From: Selaginella moellendorffii
Taxonomy: Eukaryota > Plantae > Lycopodiophyta
Direction of reading: 5' to 3'
Assembly: GCF_000143415.4 (NCBI RefSeq)
Contig: NW_003314268.1
Coordinates: forward strand, 2,496,494-2,560,493
DNA length: 64,000 nt
Shown: piece by piece, positions 11,050 through 24,600 of the stretch
Position numbering within the stretch: the stretch's first letter is position 1
Layout of the letters: the number at the start of each line of letters is the position of its first letter
The notes under the pieces: model-generated
Database searches by the model: none
Seen by the model: only the letters and a program-made list of their open reading frames with translations
Told to the model about the DNA's origin: nothing
Program-made: the position numbers and the translations under genes

Positions 11050-12584
11050 GCAACTTGTTATATTACCTCTTTACACTCTAGATATATCTTTAATTTAAAC
11101 TTTAAAATCTCATGGCAAGAAAGTAAATCTAAACCTTCTAAGAAATAACTTTGGGCATCTTTGTCACTCATATTTACAATCATAAAGCATTTATGAGCAA
11201 ATGCATTAATATAGTGCATAAAGTTTCTATGTTACTTTAGCCACGTAGCTCTACATAAAGTTTCAACCCAAGACCATCTAGCAAGTATTCTTTACAGATA
11301 CGAGATTGCATCTTAATCTAACTTTTAGTTTACCTTTTTTTAACACACATCTAGCACCACCAAGTTTTGGCATGATTGGTGAAAAAGGAGTGCACACACT
11401 TTCATAAGATCATCCATATTTGCTACTATGAAATTTTTTTCTATATTATAAACTCAGTCTTCCAAAACTTGATAGTCTCATATACCTCTAAAATTGAGTG
11501 GTTTTAGAGGTTTGAACTTTGAAACTCATGCAACTAAGGGCAATTGTAAAACCTTATCATCCTTAGAACTTAAAAAAGATTTTAGTTGTTTAGGTTTAAT
11601 TAATTTAGCTACTTTAGCTTCTTTCTTCCTCTTCTTGTTTTCTTTCTTTAATTTGTAAATTTTCTTTTGCAAATTCTTGATCTCAATGTCTTGAGCTATA
11701 TGTTGTGGTGTCACAACCTTGAGATCTTCCTTTTTTGACTCCACCTTAGCCTCTTTTATAGCATCTTTAGTAAGAGTTTCCTCCTCTTGATTCACTCGTC
11801 TAGAGGTTTCAGTGTCATCAATATAGTTTTGTTTTACTCATCAACTATATACATGCCTCTATCAATAAATGAATATACATATAATGTTTTTACTGAATGG
11901 TGCAATCCAATTAATTCTATAAAAGTTGTTTTAAATGTACTAGAAAAGTCTTTATAAATGCAACTAGAGTTAGAAACTTTGATAAAAGTTGGATTGGAAT
12001 CATTGAGATAATTCTTCTAATACCAAATATAGTCCACATGAATTTGGAGCTAAGCTCCAAGCTTATTACACTATACATACTTAATATCCCCTATAAGCAT
12101 GAACTCCTTGTATCCAACTCTTGCATGCAAAATAGTGTCTGGCACAATTTTGGCAATTGATGGCTTAATATGAGGAGGAAAGTACCCTATTGACTAAAGT
12201 AGAATAAAGGTGAGCATAGACTCAATTTGGATGCAGAATAATGAGTAAGCATTTTGAGTAGATCTAAACACTTATCATAAATAGTATATAGACTAAAAAC
12301 ATGACCAACACATAGAGCATAATAGCGAGAGTGTCTAGTGGACACAATAAGCTATCATATAGCAATATTAAGGGATTAAACTCATTAGGTGAGGGTATTT
12401 GTCATTAACCAATATAAGATACAATGAGACAAGAATTCCTTGTCCAATTAACTCCACTAGTACAAGATGGGTTAATAAAGAAATTCAACTGTACTAAACT
12501 TTTGCCATTATAGCAGTAAGAAAAGAATATCCGTAAGGACTAGCTGACAAATACCCTTTGATACACAAAATTATATTCATAACA
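11050..12584 (-). mobile_element. Truncated Ty3/gypsy element: 5' LTR + PBS + gag remnant
   Basis: Minus-strand LTR 12584->12028 starts TGTTATGAATATAATTTTG and is homologous to the LTRs at 21650 and 27813. PBS TGGTATTAGA at ~12025->12016. Downstream decayed gag reads FKPLKPLNFRGI*DYQVLED*VYNIEKNF...NHAKTWW. The 3' extent is approximate. Confidence 0.75.
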
Positions 12585-14379
12585 CTTGTTTATTTCAAAG
12601 GCAACATTATACTAATGGCATGTAAGGAAAAAAAAACTAGTTAACATGAAAATGAGAGAATTTACTTCTATTTATATTCCATTGGTTGGAAAAGGTTTGT
12701 TGGTATATGAGAGCGCCTAAAATTATCTACTAATCAAAATACACAAACCTCATAATGATTCTAATGTAGCCACCCAATCTGAAAGATCCATCAAATATGA
12801 TGTGAACACATTATAAAATTTGCTTATGTTAGGGATTCAATGCATGCAAATTACCATCATCCTCTATTGCTTACTTATAATACCAGATAGCACATTCAAA
12901 AACTTCCCACTATAGATGCTCTATACATTGCTAAATGAGTGCAAAAACAAATTAAATTTCATTTTGAAAACAACATCTCTCACCTAGTTTCAAGTAGAGG
13001 TGCCACAAATGAATGGTCAGGTTACAACAACCCAAACTTGAATCATATTAGCCTCAACAGCAATATTCATTAGCATGATTACTACAAATGCATTTTGGTC
13101 ACCTAAAGTGCTTCATTGCTTTTATGTAAGTGTAAAAATTATATAGGCTTCTTTTATCATCACAAGCTCAGATACAACTATATAGTGTATGACACTATAG
13201 ATAATAGCATGCACATAAAATCCATAGGATACAAGTTTGCAATATATTACAACAAAAAAAGCTTATACACATATGCTAAAAACAAAAATAAAGAGTATAA
13301 GGCTCATTAATATTGTATACTTGTCATTGTATCTTAGAAAGCTGTCTATTGAAGAGTGTAGCATTGTTCTGTATTGCACAAGCACCTCATATTTGCCATC
13401 AGCTGAAACAATACCTAACTACTTAACAGAAATTAACAATACTCTAAGTTGTTCCAGACTTATGCATTAGAACGTTAATTCAAATATGTTGAAGTACCTC
13501 ACTAGAGGGAATTCTACAATATGCACCTCTCCATGTTGCATTAGTGAGACACACATACTTTTATAATGTTAGTTGGGAAATTCCAAGTTCATAGGAAATG
13601 GATATAGTGTCTTGGTCTTTAGAGTCTTAAGCTAGACCAAAGGGCAAAAATACTTAGGCAACTGAAATCTACTTGTGCTAAAAATGCCATAAACTGGAAA
13701 AATATACAAAGGAAAAAAAATTATTTCAGCATTTGGATGACTATAAATTATGTATTATTGTATTAGGCTCATAATTAAAGTTTGAATATAAGTTGGAGTC
13801 TAAGTTTGCCACTACTAGCCTCTTTTGGTCTTATATGCTTTGTTCCTCTTCCTAGTAGGTACAAGCAATAATGACCTATAAAACTTGCTTTTAGTGGAAC
13901 TTCTATTGTAGAAAGGTAAGATATAAGTCCTCGAAATGTCCTAACAAGTATAAAACAAAGTTTTGTGTCAATGTTATAAGAGAAAATGGTAGTGGTGAAG
14001 CTGAAGGGGTTGAAAAATTAGTTATGTGGACTATGACGAAGAAGAGGTGAGTTACTTTCCTTAAGCTTTTCTTGCAATCAATGCAAGAAGTGATCCATTA
14101 ATGTACCTCATAAACTTTATTCATAGATACCAAATCCTGTGATAATCAAGATGGTGTAAGACATAAATCCCTTAAACCCTAATATGGGGCCAAAGGGTGC
14201 CATATGATAGTGGCCAAAGTGGAAGTCCAACAAGCATAACACATTTGGACTAAAAGTTTCAACTCGGAAAGTTGAGAGGCAAGAGTGAACTCCCAACAGA
14301 GTGCTTGAGGAATGAGCACAAAGTGATTAATAAGTAAGTCTCTAGATAGGGATACAAGAGGGATTAACATATGGCAAGT

Positions 14380-17300
14380 GTCAGGACTAAGTTTGAGATG
14401 GAGTCCAAGAAAGAGTCCAAGATGGAGGCTAAGATGGAGTTTGAGACCAGGTCCAAGTCCAAAACTGAAGATGGAGTTTGAGACCGAAATTGAGACTAGG
14501 TCTGAGACCGAGTCTGAGTTTAAGTCCAAATTAGAGTCTAAATTCAAGTAGAGTTTGAGGGTAAAAGCCCAAAGCAATTGTCTCCCAAACCCTAGGGGGT
14601 TTAGTGAGTCCCTATAGGATAGTAAGAGGAAGGACTCTAGTGGAACCAATTTAGCCAGGAAAGGCTATTGTGATCAAGGAAGGTTACACTCACATGGGGG
14701 GTGATAATATAACTATTAAGGAGTTCAAAACTAGAGTGAATATAGACAAGTATAGTAACTTAGTGAAGTATTCTAGAGTCAACTTTAGCTCCCCTGGGAA
14801 ATTGGATGGTTGATGCTCCTAATCCAAATGTGGGTGGCACTATCTACTTGGATACCTTGTATTGCTCATAGGAACCTCACTCTAGCCATATGGTTGGGGC
14901 ACCTTAGTGGCAATAGAATGGGGTGCAAAGGGGTACTTACAAAACTCATGTTGGGCTGTGGTATTTTGAAATGTCATCCTCTAGAGTCCCAGACCATGGT
15001 CTTCTTGCTTAATGACTAAAGGTATGGTTATATGGTGAAGAAGTTCCAAAGGTTACTAGAGCTTAGTGACAGGTTTTTGAACCCTAGAATAGTAGTGGTG
15101 TTAGTGAGCACTACCATGGATGGTGAGGGATTTAGTGGGGACTAAAGGAGGGATATCGAGGGATAGTATTCCCCATGTCCCCTAGTCTTGAAGAGATATG
15201 ATTGTGGTCTTAGATTAATAATGAGATAAAAGTAATATGTTAAGATGTTAATGGTACTTTTGGGTGTCAAAAGTGAAATTGGACACATGGAGCACTTGGA
15301 CTAAGTGCATAGTTGATTTAGTCTTGAGATTACAACTTATGAAGGTTATGAGTAAGACTCTTCCAATAAGTTAAAGGCATGGTTAAGTAACTAAAGTAAC
15401 ATTGAAAATTTAGTAGCATAGGAGCTACACACAATGTGATATTTAAAGACTTAATTAAGTTGTTAGGATTGAAAGCTAAGTGAATGTCACTTATACTCTT
15501 TTTGATTTGCAAAAGTTGGGCAAGTAGCCAGAAAATCTATGAATGATGTTCTAGTAAAGATATCCAAGTGGAAAGAAAGATTAGATTTGATAGTGTTGAA
15601 AATACCAAAATTTCAAATGGTGTTTAGTATGGAATTTTTCAACAAGTATATCTAAGGGATATATAGTGTTAGACAAAGTTATATCATATTGAGGTCAAAA
15701 GGATGTCTTAATATATCCTCTTAATTGCAGAAGCATTTCTCAAAAGATTGGGATGCTAAATTCTTAACTACGAGAGTCACTCAAAAACTAGCTAAGAAGG
15801 GATGTTAGAACTTTTTAGTTCAAGTGATGAAGGGTGATGGTGATAATGATTTAGTTCGAATCGATAATGAGAATTGATCCCTATGCTAAAAGAAATTCTA
15901 GAATTGTTGGCAAGGAATCAAGATATCTTTTCAAAGGATTTGCTATTATGATTATGTCCTAGCTGTGAAGTTGATTATTGAATTGAGATTTTTCCGAGTT
16001 CTAAACCACCCACAAAGACTTTATACCATTTAAACATCAAAGAAATGACTGAACTTAAAAACAATTTATAGAGCCTTTTGACAAAAGTCATATCTAACCA
16101 AGTAAGTTGCTTTATGGAGCATTAATCCTTTTTGTTATGAAAAAGAATAGTACCATAAGGATGTATTTTAATTATCAGGCTCTCAACAAAATTATAGTAA
16201 AGAAATAGTTATCCATTACCTCATATTTATGACTTGTTTAACCAACTTTGAAAGGCTAAGTATTTTATATGACTTGATTTATGGTTTGGGTATCATCAGA
16301 TATGAGTGGTAAATTAGGATGTGAAGAAGACAATTTTTAAGGCTTATTATGGATCCTATGAGTTCCTTGTTTTGTTATTTGGGCTATGTAATGCCTTGAT
16401 TACGTTCAATATATTGATAGATAGAATATTCAGAGATTATTTAAACACATTTGTTATCCTATATATCGAGGATGTAGTGAACCATTAGAGGATCATTTAA
16501 AACATTTAGAGTTAGTGTTTCAAAAGTTACAAGAAAATAAATTCAATACTAAAGAGAGTAAATGCACTTTTGGTCAATTACATATAAACTTTTAGGCATA
16601 TTGTTAGTGATGGCATAATTAAGGTGGATCCAAAGATGGTGGAAATGATGAAGTCTTGAAAAGTTTTGACCACTATATTAAATGTTTATTCTTTTTTCCA
16701 AACTAGTTTGTTAGCATGCTTTTGTACAATTGAAGGAGATTTTGATTATAGTTCTTGCAAAGTGCATTGTAATGCATCTAGTTATACTATAGCATATTGT
16801 AACAAGATTGTGAGCAATATGGTTAGTGTTATGTTAAGGCAATAAGGTTATCTTGTATTTTACTTCAAGAAATTGGATGAAAACATAATAAAAATGGCCT
16901 ATGCACAAGAAAGAGATGTTTGCTATAGTGTCTATATTGAAATATTGAAAACACTATTTGGTGGATATGCCAATGTTTATATAGATAGTAACATACTAAG
17001 TTACTTTGCAATGCAGCAAAAATTTATGCTAAAGTAGGCTCATTGACAAAAGAAGCTTGCTATATTTTATATTGAAATCATCTATAAACATGGTAAAGAC
17101 AATATTGTTTTGGAGGCGTTGAGTTGTCAAACTTAGTTCTGGGAAATGTTGGCAATTAATTAAGATGTTCAGGTTGTGTATACAATTGATGTATTGGTAA
17201 AGGCAATATTGCACTGTGTGGAGTTGTTGAAGAAAAACCTTGGTAGTGAAGTAGTGAAAGTTGCTAGTCGCACTAATGTGAAGTTTCACTTCTCAATTAG

Positions 17301-19750
17301 AGATGGGCTTATTTATTATAAGAAAGAAAGATTGTATCTTTTGTTCAAAGACCTATAATAGTTGATTTACAAGAACTTCATGATGTTCTGGCAATGGGAC
17401 ATAGCAGTAAATGAAAGACTCTTGCCTCATTGAAAAAAAGACTTTTCTAGTCTGGTATGGAAAGTGATGTAGTGGATTATATTTGTTCTTGACCTATATG
17501 CCAATAATATAAACAAAGAATTGAGAAACAGGTTGGGAAGTTATAATGCATTCCAACACTTATATAGCCATTTAGAGTGTGACATTTAACTTCATCTCTT
17601 GCTTACTGAAGTCTAAAGGTTATAACACTTTGATAATGATTGTAGATCAATTGTCAAAGATTGCACACTTCATTCCAACTATAGAAATAGTGAATGAAAA
17701 TTAAGTGCTAAAACTTTTTTCATAAAGTAGTATAGGTTCATGAAAGATATAATCTCAAGTAGGGATTTGAATTTATGGAGAAGTTTTGGGGCATACTATT
17801 TCAATTGTTTGGTACCAAGTTGAGGTTTAATATAGCTGAATGTTTAGGTTGAGGCTTATTTATGGTACTATGCAATAAACCAATACGACAGGTTGAGCAA
17901 TTGGAAATAACAAAAATCTATTATAACTACACATTTCATAATACTATTGGGTTCTTTATAGGAGATGCTACAAGAGAATGCTCATGGGATTCCTTAACAA
18001 ATTGTTATATTGAGACCAATATCCAAAGTGTTGATCTTAGTCATTGAAATTTATGTGGAGTAGTTGCACCAAGGTTGGTCTATGGTAATTAAGGTAATGG
18101 GCAAAGCTCAGGAAAAATATTGATGTGATAAAGATTAACATTATCGAGATGTAACTTATTAGGTGGGAGACCAAGTTTGGTTATCTTTATGAGACTTAAA
18201 TATGAAGGGATCTTTGTCCCAGAAGTTATTACCAAGATATGTTGGTCCCTATCGGGTATTAAAGAGGATTGGTGATGTATCATATTAGTTGGATCTTCTT
18301 CTAGAGATGTCAATGTTCATAATGTATTTCATATCAATTTATTGGCACCGTACACTATGGATACTGTAGACCAAGGGGAGATTCGTCCACCACCAGATAT
18401 TGTAAATGGTGCATTTGAGTATGAAGTTGAAATTATCTTGGATTTTTAATTTTGGAGACATGTTTATGCGAAGGAATATCTTGTTAAGTGGAAAAGTTAC
18501 CCTCTTGTGAATCAACTTGGGAACTGTAAAAAATAAAAAAGAATGACTTAAGAAATGGTTCATGGGGTTTAAATATAAAGGGAAAGGGCTTATGACCAAG
18601 AGTGCACCTTTTTTTCCAATCGGTTAAAGGTCTTGGGTTAAGTGTTCTTGGGTTTGAATAGTATTGGGCTGGGTGACTTCCCAGGAAGCCTAAACTCAGG
18701 AACTTACATTTGGTATTGGAGCGGTCTTAGGTTTGACTTTATTAGTTAGCTTAGGGGAATCGCATCACATATTGATTGACATTTGGCATGTCCAATTTGC
18801 TCCAGTTAGGCTTGACCCGGGGTAGGGTGTTAAGAGAGCTGTGGCTCTTAGCTTCCGTTCACTAGGGCATGAAGCGTGGTGAATTATAAGCAACCAAAGA
18901 GAACGACTCAAGAGATAGTCCATAGGGTTCAAATATAAAGGGAAAGGGTCTATAAACAAGAGTGCACCCCCTTTTTCAATTAGTTAAGGGTCTTGGGGGT
19001 TAAACGTTCTTGGGTTTGAATAGTACTGGGTTAGGTAACCTCCTGAGAAGTCTAAACTTAGGAGCTTATAAGAACCTCTTAGGAATCTTACGCATGTCTA
19101 TGAGTTTATCATGGAGTATGAGAATTATAGTAATAAGTAATTTTTGTAATCCTTTCTAATTAGTCTTGTAAATCAATACATTTTAAACAAAAGTTTCTTT
19201 TATTAGTATTTTTAGTTTGGTTTTAGCAAGTTGATTTCAGCATTTTGGTGCATGGATTCAATCTATAACCATAGGGATAATTATTATAAATTGATACTAA
19301 GTTTCTACCTCTCTCTTGTTGACCCATTTTTACAAAAAGGGGGTGGTCATGTAAACAATAGTTGTCTAAATCTTCCTATTAGGATTAATTTGTGCTCAAT
19401 AGATTTAGGCTTTTGGTTCTTTCTTTATATCCCTATAGGCAAAGCTCTATCATTCCTCTGTAAGTTAAATGGCATTTGGAGTAGTGAGGGTGGCTAATTC
19501 TATTAGTTATTTTTTTGTTGGTGACAACTAAAGGATAGGGATCTAGCATCTTTGTACGTAAAGGAGAGTAGTTGTCATGAATGTAACTTTGGAGGATTGG
19601 GGGGGTGGGGAAGTTTTATTTGGAGGGGAGGGGAAATTTCTAAGTAGGACCTCTACTCTAAGAGAAAGGATTTGCATGTTAAGAACACTATCACAAGGAA
19701 AGGTGCTTACTTCATTTTCTTTGGGATCATAATCCACTTGATCAACTTTG
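14380..19750 (+). mobile_element. Decayed Ty3/gypsy chromovirus (gag-PR-RT-RH-IN-chromodomain), many stops
   Basis: Protease GATHN at ~15420. RT motifs (YQALNKI, YPLP, LDL..GYHQI) at 16160-16310. RNase H/integrase remnants at 16800-17950. Chromodomain EYLVKWKSYP..STWE at 18470-18525. Purine tract followed by LTR start TGTCATGAATGTAACTTTGG at 19573. Boundaries approximate. Confidence 0.85.
18541..19068 (+). repeat. Two ~165-bp direct repeats downstream of the chromovirus pol
   Basis: 18541-18706 and 18901-19068 share AAATATAAAGGGAAAGGG...AAGAGTGCACC...GTTCTTGGGTTTGAATAGTA...CTAAACT. Confidence 0.85.
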
Positions 19751-21649
19751 CAAATATAAATGTTTTAGGAGTCAATTGAAAGTTGCCATCAACATTAGTT
19801 TGCGACTATTGAACTAGTAGCTCAATCATTGCAAGTTCTTTGTTGTCACATACTTGATGCTGCAACCGTATGAACAAATGTAGCTAATGGGGAAACATGC
19901 TGAAAAATACAATGTATTTCTTGGCATGCTAATACAAGAAAAATAAAGATACTTGAGTAATATGAGTCTCTAGAATATGTAAATTCCCAAAGTTTGCCAC
20001 ACTTAAAACTATTGGAGTACCATGAGACCTACTAGCTTGGAAATAAAAATTTCATAAGTAGTGGTTGATAATAATATTGGAGACGAAGAAATTGATGTGT
20101 TGCATGAGGACAATTTAACAGTAAAGTTGCAATTTGAATTCATTGTTGAAGGGAACTCATTGTGTATTCACTCAACTGCTTTGACAGTTGAGACTACTTG
20201 AATTCCCACTACATTCACATGAAAATCTAGTGGCCTTTTAGTGTTTGGGATTGTTTGCCTCCTCTTTCCTCCCTATCTACCCATTTCACCTATGCTAATT
20301 CTTTGCCAAACAAGTTTTATATCTAGAGATGTATAAAGATTCTTATATGATTAAACAAGGAAAGGATTTACCTTGAACTAGAAGGTAAATTCATATATGC
20401 TATTCTATTGCGAATATGATTCCAAGTATCAAAAGTTATCTATTGGCTAATCCTTTCGAATATTTTTTCCTTATTGTGACAATAGCAAAAGATCAGTATT
20501 ACTAAACCCTTTATCAGTCCCTTTTGTTCAAGTGCTAATAAACTAGAATTAGCATCTGTACTTGGCCAAACATAAGGAAGGAATTCCTAAGTGTCTATTT
20601 AGCCAAGTATATTTGGCCTGGCTTGTTAGTTCTCTTTTACTTTGTCTTGCACTAACTTGACAAAAACCTTTGTATATTGAGATTAGTCCTTCAATATTGC
20701 TAGATGATAGCTTATTATGGAAGATGTCTGCTAAACACCCTTTCTATTGTGCATCTTGTGTTAATACTATTTGGTTCTAATTACTACTTATGGAAAGTGT
20801 TTAGATTTGTGAATTTGGCATATCTACGGAATGTAGAGATTGTTTTGAACACAATAGTATTTGTCCTGTGTCCAAATTCACAATCTAATGCCATTCTATA
20901 TTTAATAAATTTCAAGTTAACCCTATAGACTAGTACTAAGGGTGGCTAAAGGTGAAAGCCCAAAGCATGTGTTTCTGAAGGGTGGGGGGTATCAAATGTA
21001 TAGTAGGGATAGTGGGTAAGTTGGGTATAGTTGACCAACCTGAAGTTTAGTTTAACTTTTGTTTGCATATCTATTCTTGTTCTGCATCCAGTTTGGGTTT
21101 AAGCCCAAGTTCCACACCATGCTAGCTAATGGAGTATCTATATCCTTGCGTTAGGTCATTGGTATGCTGAAATAACACTAAACTCCATTTAGCTCCATTT
21201 TCCATATTAGTCCTTGCATTGGGATGCTATATGCTCTAAGAATATTCCAAGTCACTTCATGCTTTTGTCCCTTCACTTCTTGGGCTATATACTTGGGAGT
21301 TGCTTCTTGCTCCAGTTCTATCATTCTTTAGCTTTGTGCTTAGGAATTTGGCTCCTTCCTTCATTCAATGGCCCAAGGCTTTGAAACTCGGGTTCCACTC
21401 CACTATCCTTTAGACACATGGCATGTGGCACGTGGCATGTGACATGTGGCATATGGAGGGTTTAGGTTCCACTTCATGGTTATTCTATGGTAAATTACGT
21501 GTGCTACATTTGGTATCAAAGCATATATCTTAGCAAGTACTATCCAATGAGATTGGGCAAATAGTCTTATTGCATACGTAGAGATGAAAATGATGATCCG
21601 AGTGGGTACACATTTGGGTGCAAAGGCTTCGCATTCGTTCTTTGGGTAT

Positions 21650-24600
21650 TGTTGCGAATGTGACTTTGGGTATCGAAAGTTACCTATTGGCTAGTCCTTT
21701 CGGATATTCTTTCCTTACTGCCACGATGGCAAAAGGTTAGTATTACTGGACCCGTTATTAGTCTATGCCTAAGATAGTTGAAAAATTAATCTTCGCATGT
21801 GCACTTGACCAAATGAGCATAAGGACGGAATTCCTAAGTGCTATTAGTCGAGCATACTTGATCTGGTTAGAGAAACTCATTCGTTGACTTATACTTATTA
21901 GTGTTAGGAACCCCCGTGATATTGAGTTTGGTCCCTTAATATTTGCTAGATGATAGCTTATTGTGTCTACCAAACACCCTCGCTATCATGCACCTTGTAT
22001 TAGTACCATCTAGTCCCAAATGCTATTTATGGAAAATGTCTAGATTTGCTCATTTGACATATCTATGGAATGTAGAGATTGTCTTAAACACAATAGTATT
22101 CATCCTGTGTCTAAATTCACAATCTAGGGACATTCCATATTTAGTAAGTTTCAAACTTGTCCTAGAGACTAACTCCTAGTACTAAGAGAGGCTTGTGGTG
22201 AAATCCCAAAGCATGTGTTAGTCANNNNNNNNNNNNNNNNNNNNNNNNNNNNNNNNNNNNNNNNNNNNNNNNNNNNNNNNNNNNNNNNNNNNNNNNNNNN
22301 NNNNNNNNNNNNNNNNNNNNNNNNNNNNNNNNNNNNNNNNNNNNNNNNNNNNNNNNNNNNNNNNNNNNNNNNNNNNNNNNNNNNNNNNNNNNNNNNNNNN
22401 NNNNNNNNNNNNNNNNNNNNNNNNNNNNNNNNNNNNNNNNNNNNNNNNNNNNNNNNNNNNNNNNNNNNNNNNNNNNNNNNNNNNNNNNNNNNNNNNNNNN
22501 NNNNNNNNNNNNNNNNNNNNNNNNNNNNNNNNNNNNNNNNNNNNNNNNNNNNNNNNNNNNNNNNNNNNNNNNNNNNNNNNNNNNNNNNNNNNNNNNNNNN
22601 NNNNNNNNNNNNNNNNNNNNNNNNNNNNNNNNNNNNNNNNNNNNNNNNNNNNNNNNNNNNNNNNNNNNNNNNNNNNNNNNNNNNNNNNNNNNNNNNNNNN
22701 NNNNNNNNNNNNNNNNNNNNNNNNNNNNNNNNNNNNNNNNNNNNNNNNNNNNNNNNNNNNNNNNNNNNNNNNNNNNNNNNNNNNNNNNNNNNNNNNNNNN
22801 NNNNNNNNNNNNNCATAAGATAGAGGGTAAAAACCACGTGCACTACATTTGGTATCAGAGAATACGTCTCAGTGAGTACAGTCCGATGAGATTGGGCAAC
22901 TAATCTTGTTGCGTACGCAAAGATGAAAACAATGATTTGAGTGGGTATACGTTTAGGTGCAAATGCTTTGCAATCGTTCCTTGGGTATAAAAATTTGGTT
23001 ACCTTTTTGTACTTATTATGTGAGTTTGCTCTTAGGCTTATAAAAGGGATTGAGTTATTCCGTTTGCACGAGTTTGTGCTTGTGCTTATGAGTGAGGCAC
23101 ATTAGCAACTCGAGGTTACATTTTGAGTTAGCAAGATTAATGTTAGCTTATTGGTGGTCTATGAGTTATTCCATGTACCATAGGTGAAAATAAACCTCTC
23201 TAGGGTTTACTATGAGTGGCAAATAGGCTGGTCTGTAACTATTTAGCACGGGACTAGTAGATCCTTCCTAAGCATGATTACAAGTGGATCAATTAAGACT
23301 ATAGAGATGAGTCTATTGATTCAAATAATCATTACCGTGCTCTCTTATAAACTTTTCTTGGATTGGACTGAAAGTAGTGTGAAAACAAGTGTAAAGTTTA
23401 GTCAAAGATGAGACAAAAAAGAAAGTCATCAAGGACAAAGGATCAAACACATAAATCATCTTCTCTTCTTGGAGAAATGATTCGTAACAATATGACTCAT
23501 TGCTTGTGTTCATATTAGGCAATCAAGAGTCTCTATTTTGATGCATGTTGGAAATGATGGTCTTGCAAGTGGTGAGTTGTGGGATAGATAGCCGTGAAGT
23601 ATTAAACCATTTTATCTAGGTTTGCTATTGAAGATTTGGGTTGCAATGCTCAATTCTTTTCTAGGAAACCTTGTTATTGCTCCTTGAGTAACTTGGTGTT
23701 GGATTGGTTTTGAGTTTGGTCAAATAGAGAGTGGTATGAGCTTGTCCGTGTTGTGAATAAAAGTTAGTGGCGTTGGGTGTTGTAAGTCTCTATCAGTGAA
23801 GTGTGGCATTTATGTTGCATTTTGTCAAGTCGAGTTGACACTTGATACTCACATAAACCTTTGTAGTAGTGATATATATATTGCTTATGGTGTTGCTCAA
23901 TTGATGATCAAATCATTGTGATAATTATATCATATCCATGTGATTGTGAGTAATGTGTTGATAAGTTGCTTAGTTAAACGATGATCAACCCCAAAATGGT
24001 TGATGGTGAAGCTAATTTACTTGCACGAAGTAGCATTGTAGTAGCTTTGATTAGATTCTTGATGGTGGTCCATTATGCTAAGCTTATGTTAGTACCTTGT
24101 TTCCTTGAGGGTTTGCCCATAAAGTGTTGGAAAGGGTTATAACATTCACTTGTTATAGCTTGTCAGTTGATCCATTAGCACTTGAAGTACATTATTGAAT
24201 GGAGAAGGTGTGTAGCTGCAGCATTGACATCACTAGCACTTGTGTTAATGGAAGTGACATTATTATTTCAAGTGATGAGGAGTTTTTTTTTGGAGCTTGA
24301 TTTTTCATGTCATTTTTCTTGTTAATGTTTTGAATTCACATTAGATCGTGAAGGTGGTTGAAGAAGAATGTTAGTGCAATGTGGATGTCCAAAGATATAG
24401 TCTTTGTGATTAAGCCTTGGACATTCATTTTGCATTTTTGCGAATGTCGGTATTAGATGTCGGAAAAATGGGCAAAGATGTTTGATGTTTAAGTATACTA
24501 TAGGCCTTAAAAATTTGTGTTGAGGTGAACCTATATGAAGTTGTTAGTAGGAGGAAGCTGGCTGAGTCTTGAAAGTTTGCATTCGTGGACTGAGAGTCAT

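Noticed and set aside
14179-14649. 156-aa minus-strand ORF
   Set aside because: Low-complexity antisense reading of a periodic repeat in the retroelement.
22169-22843. Long ORFs of X residues
   Set aside because: Artefact of the N gap.
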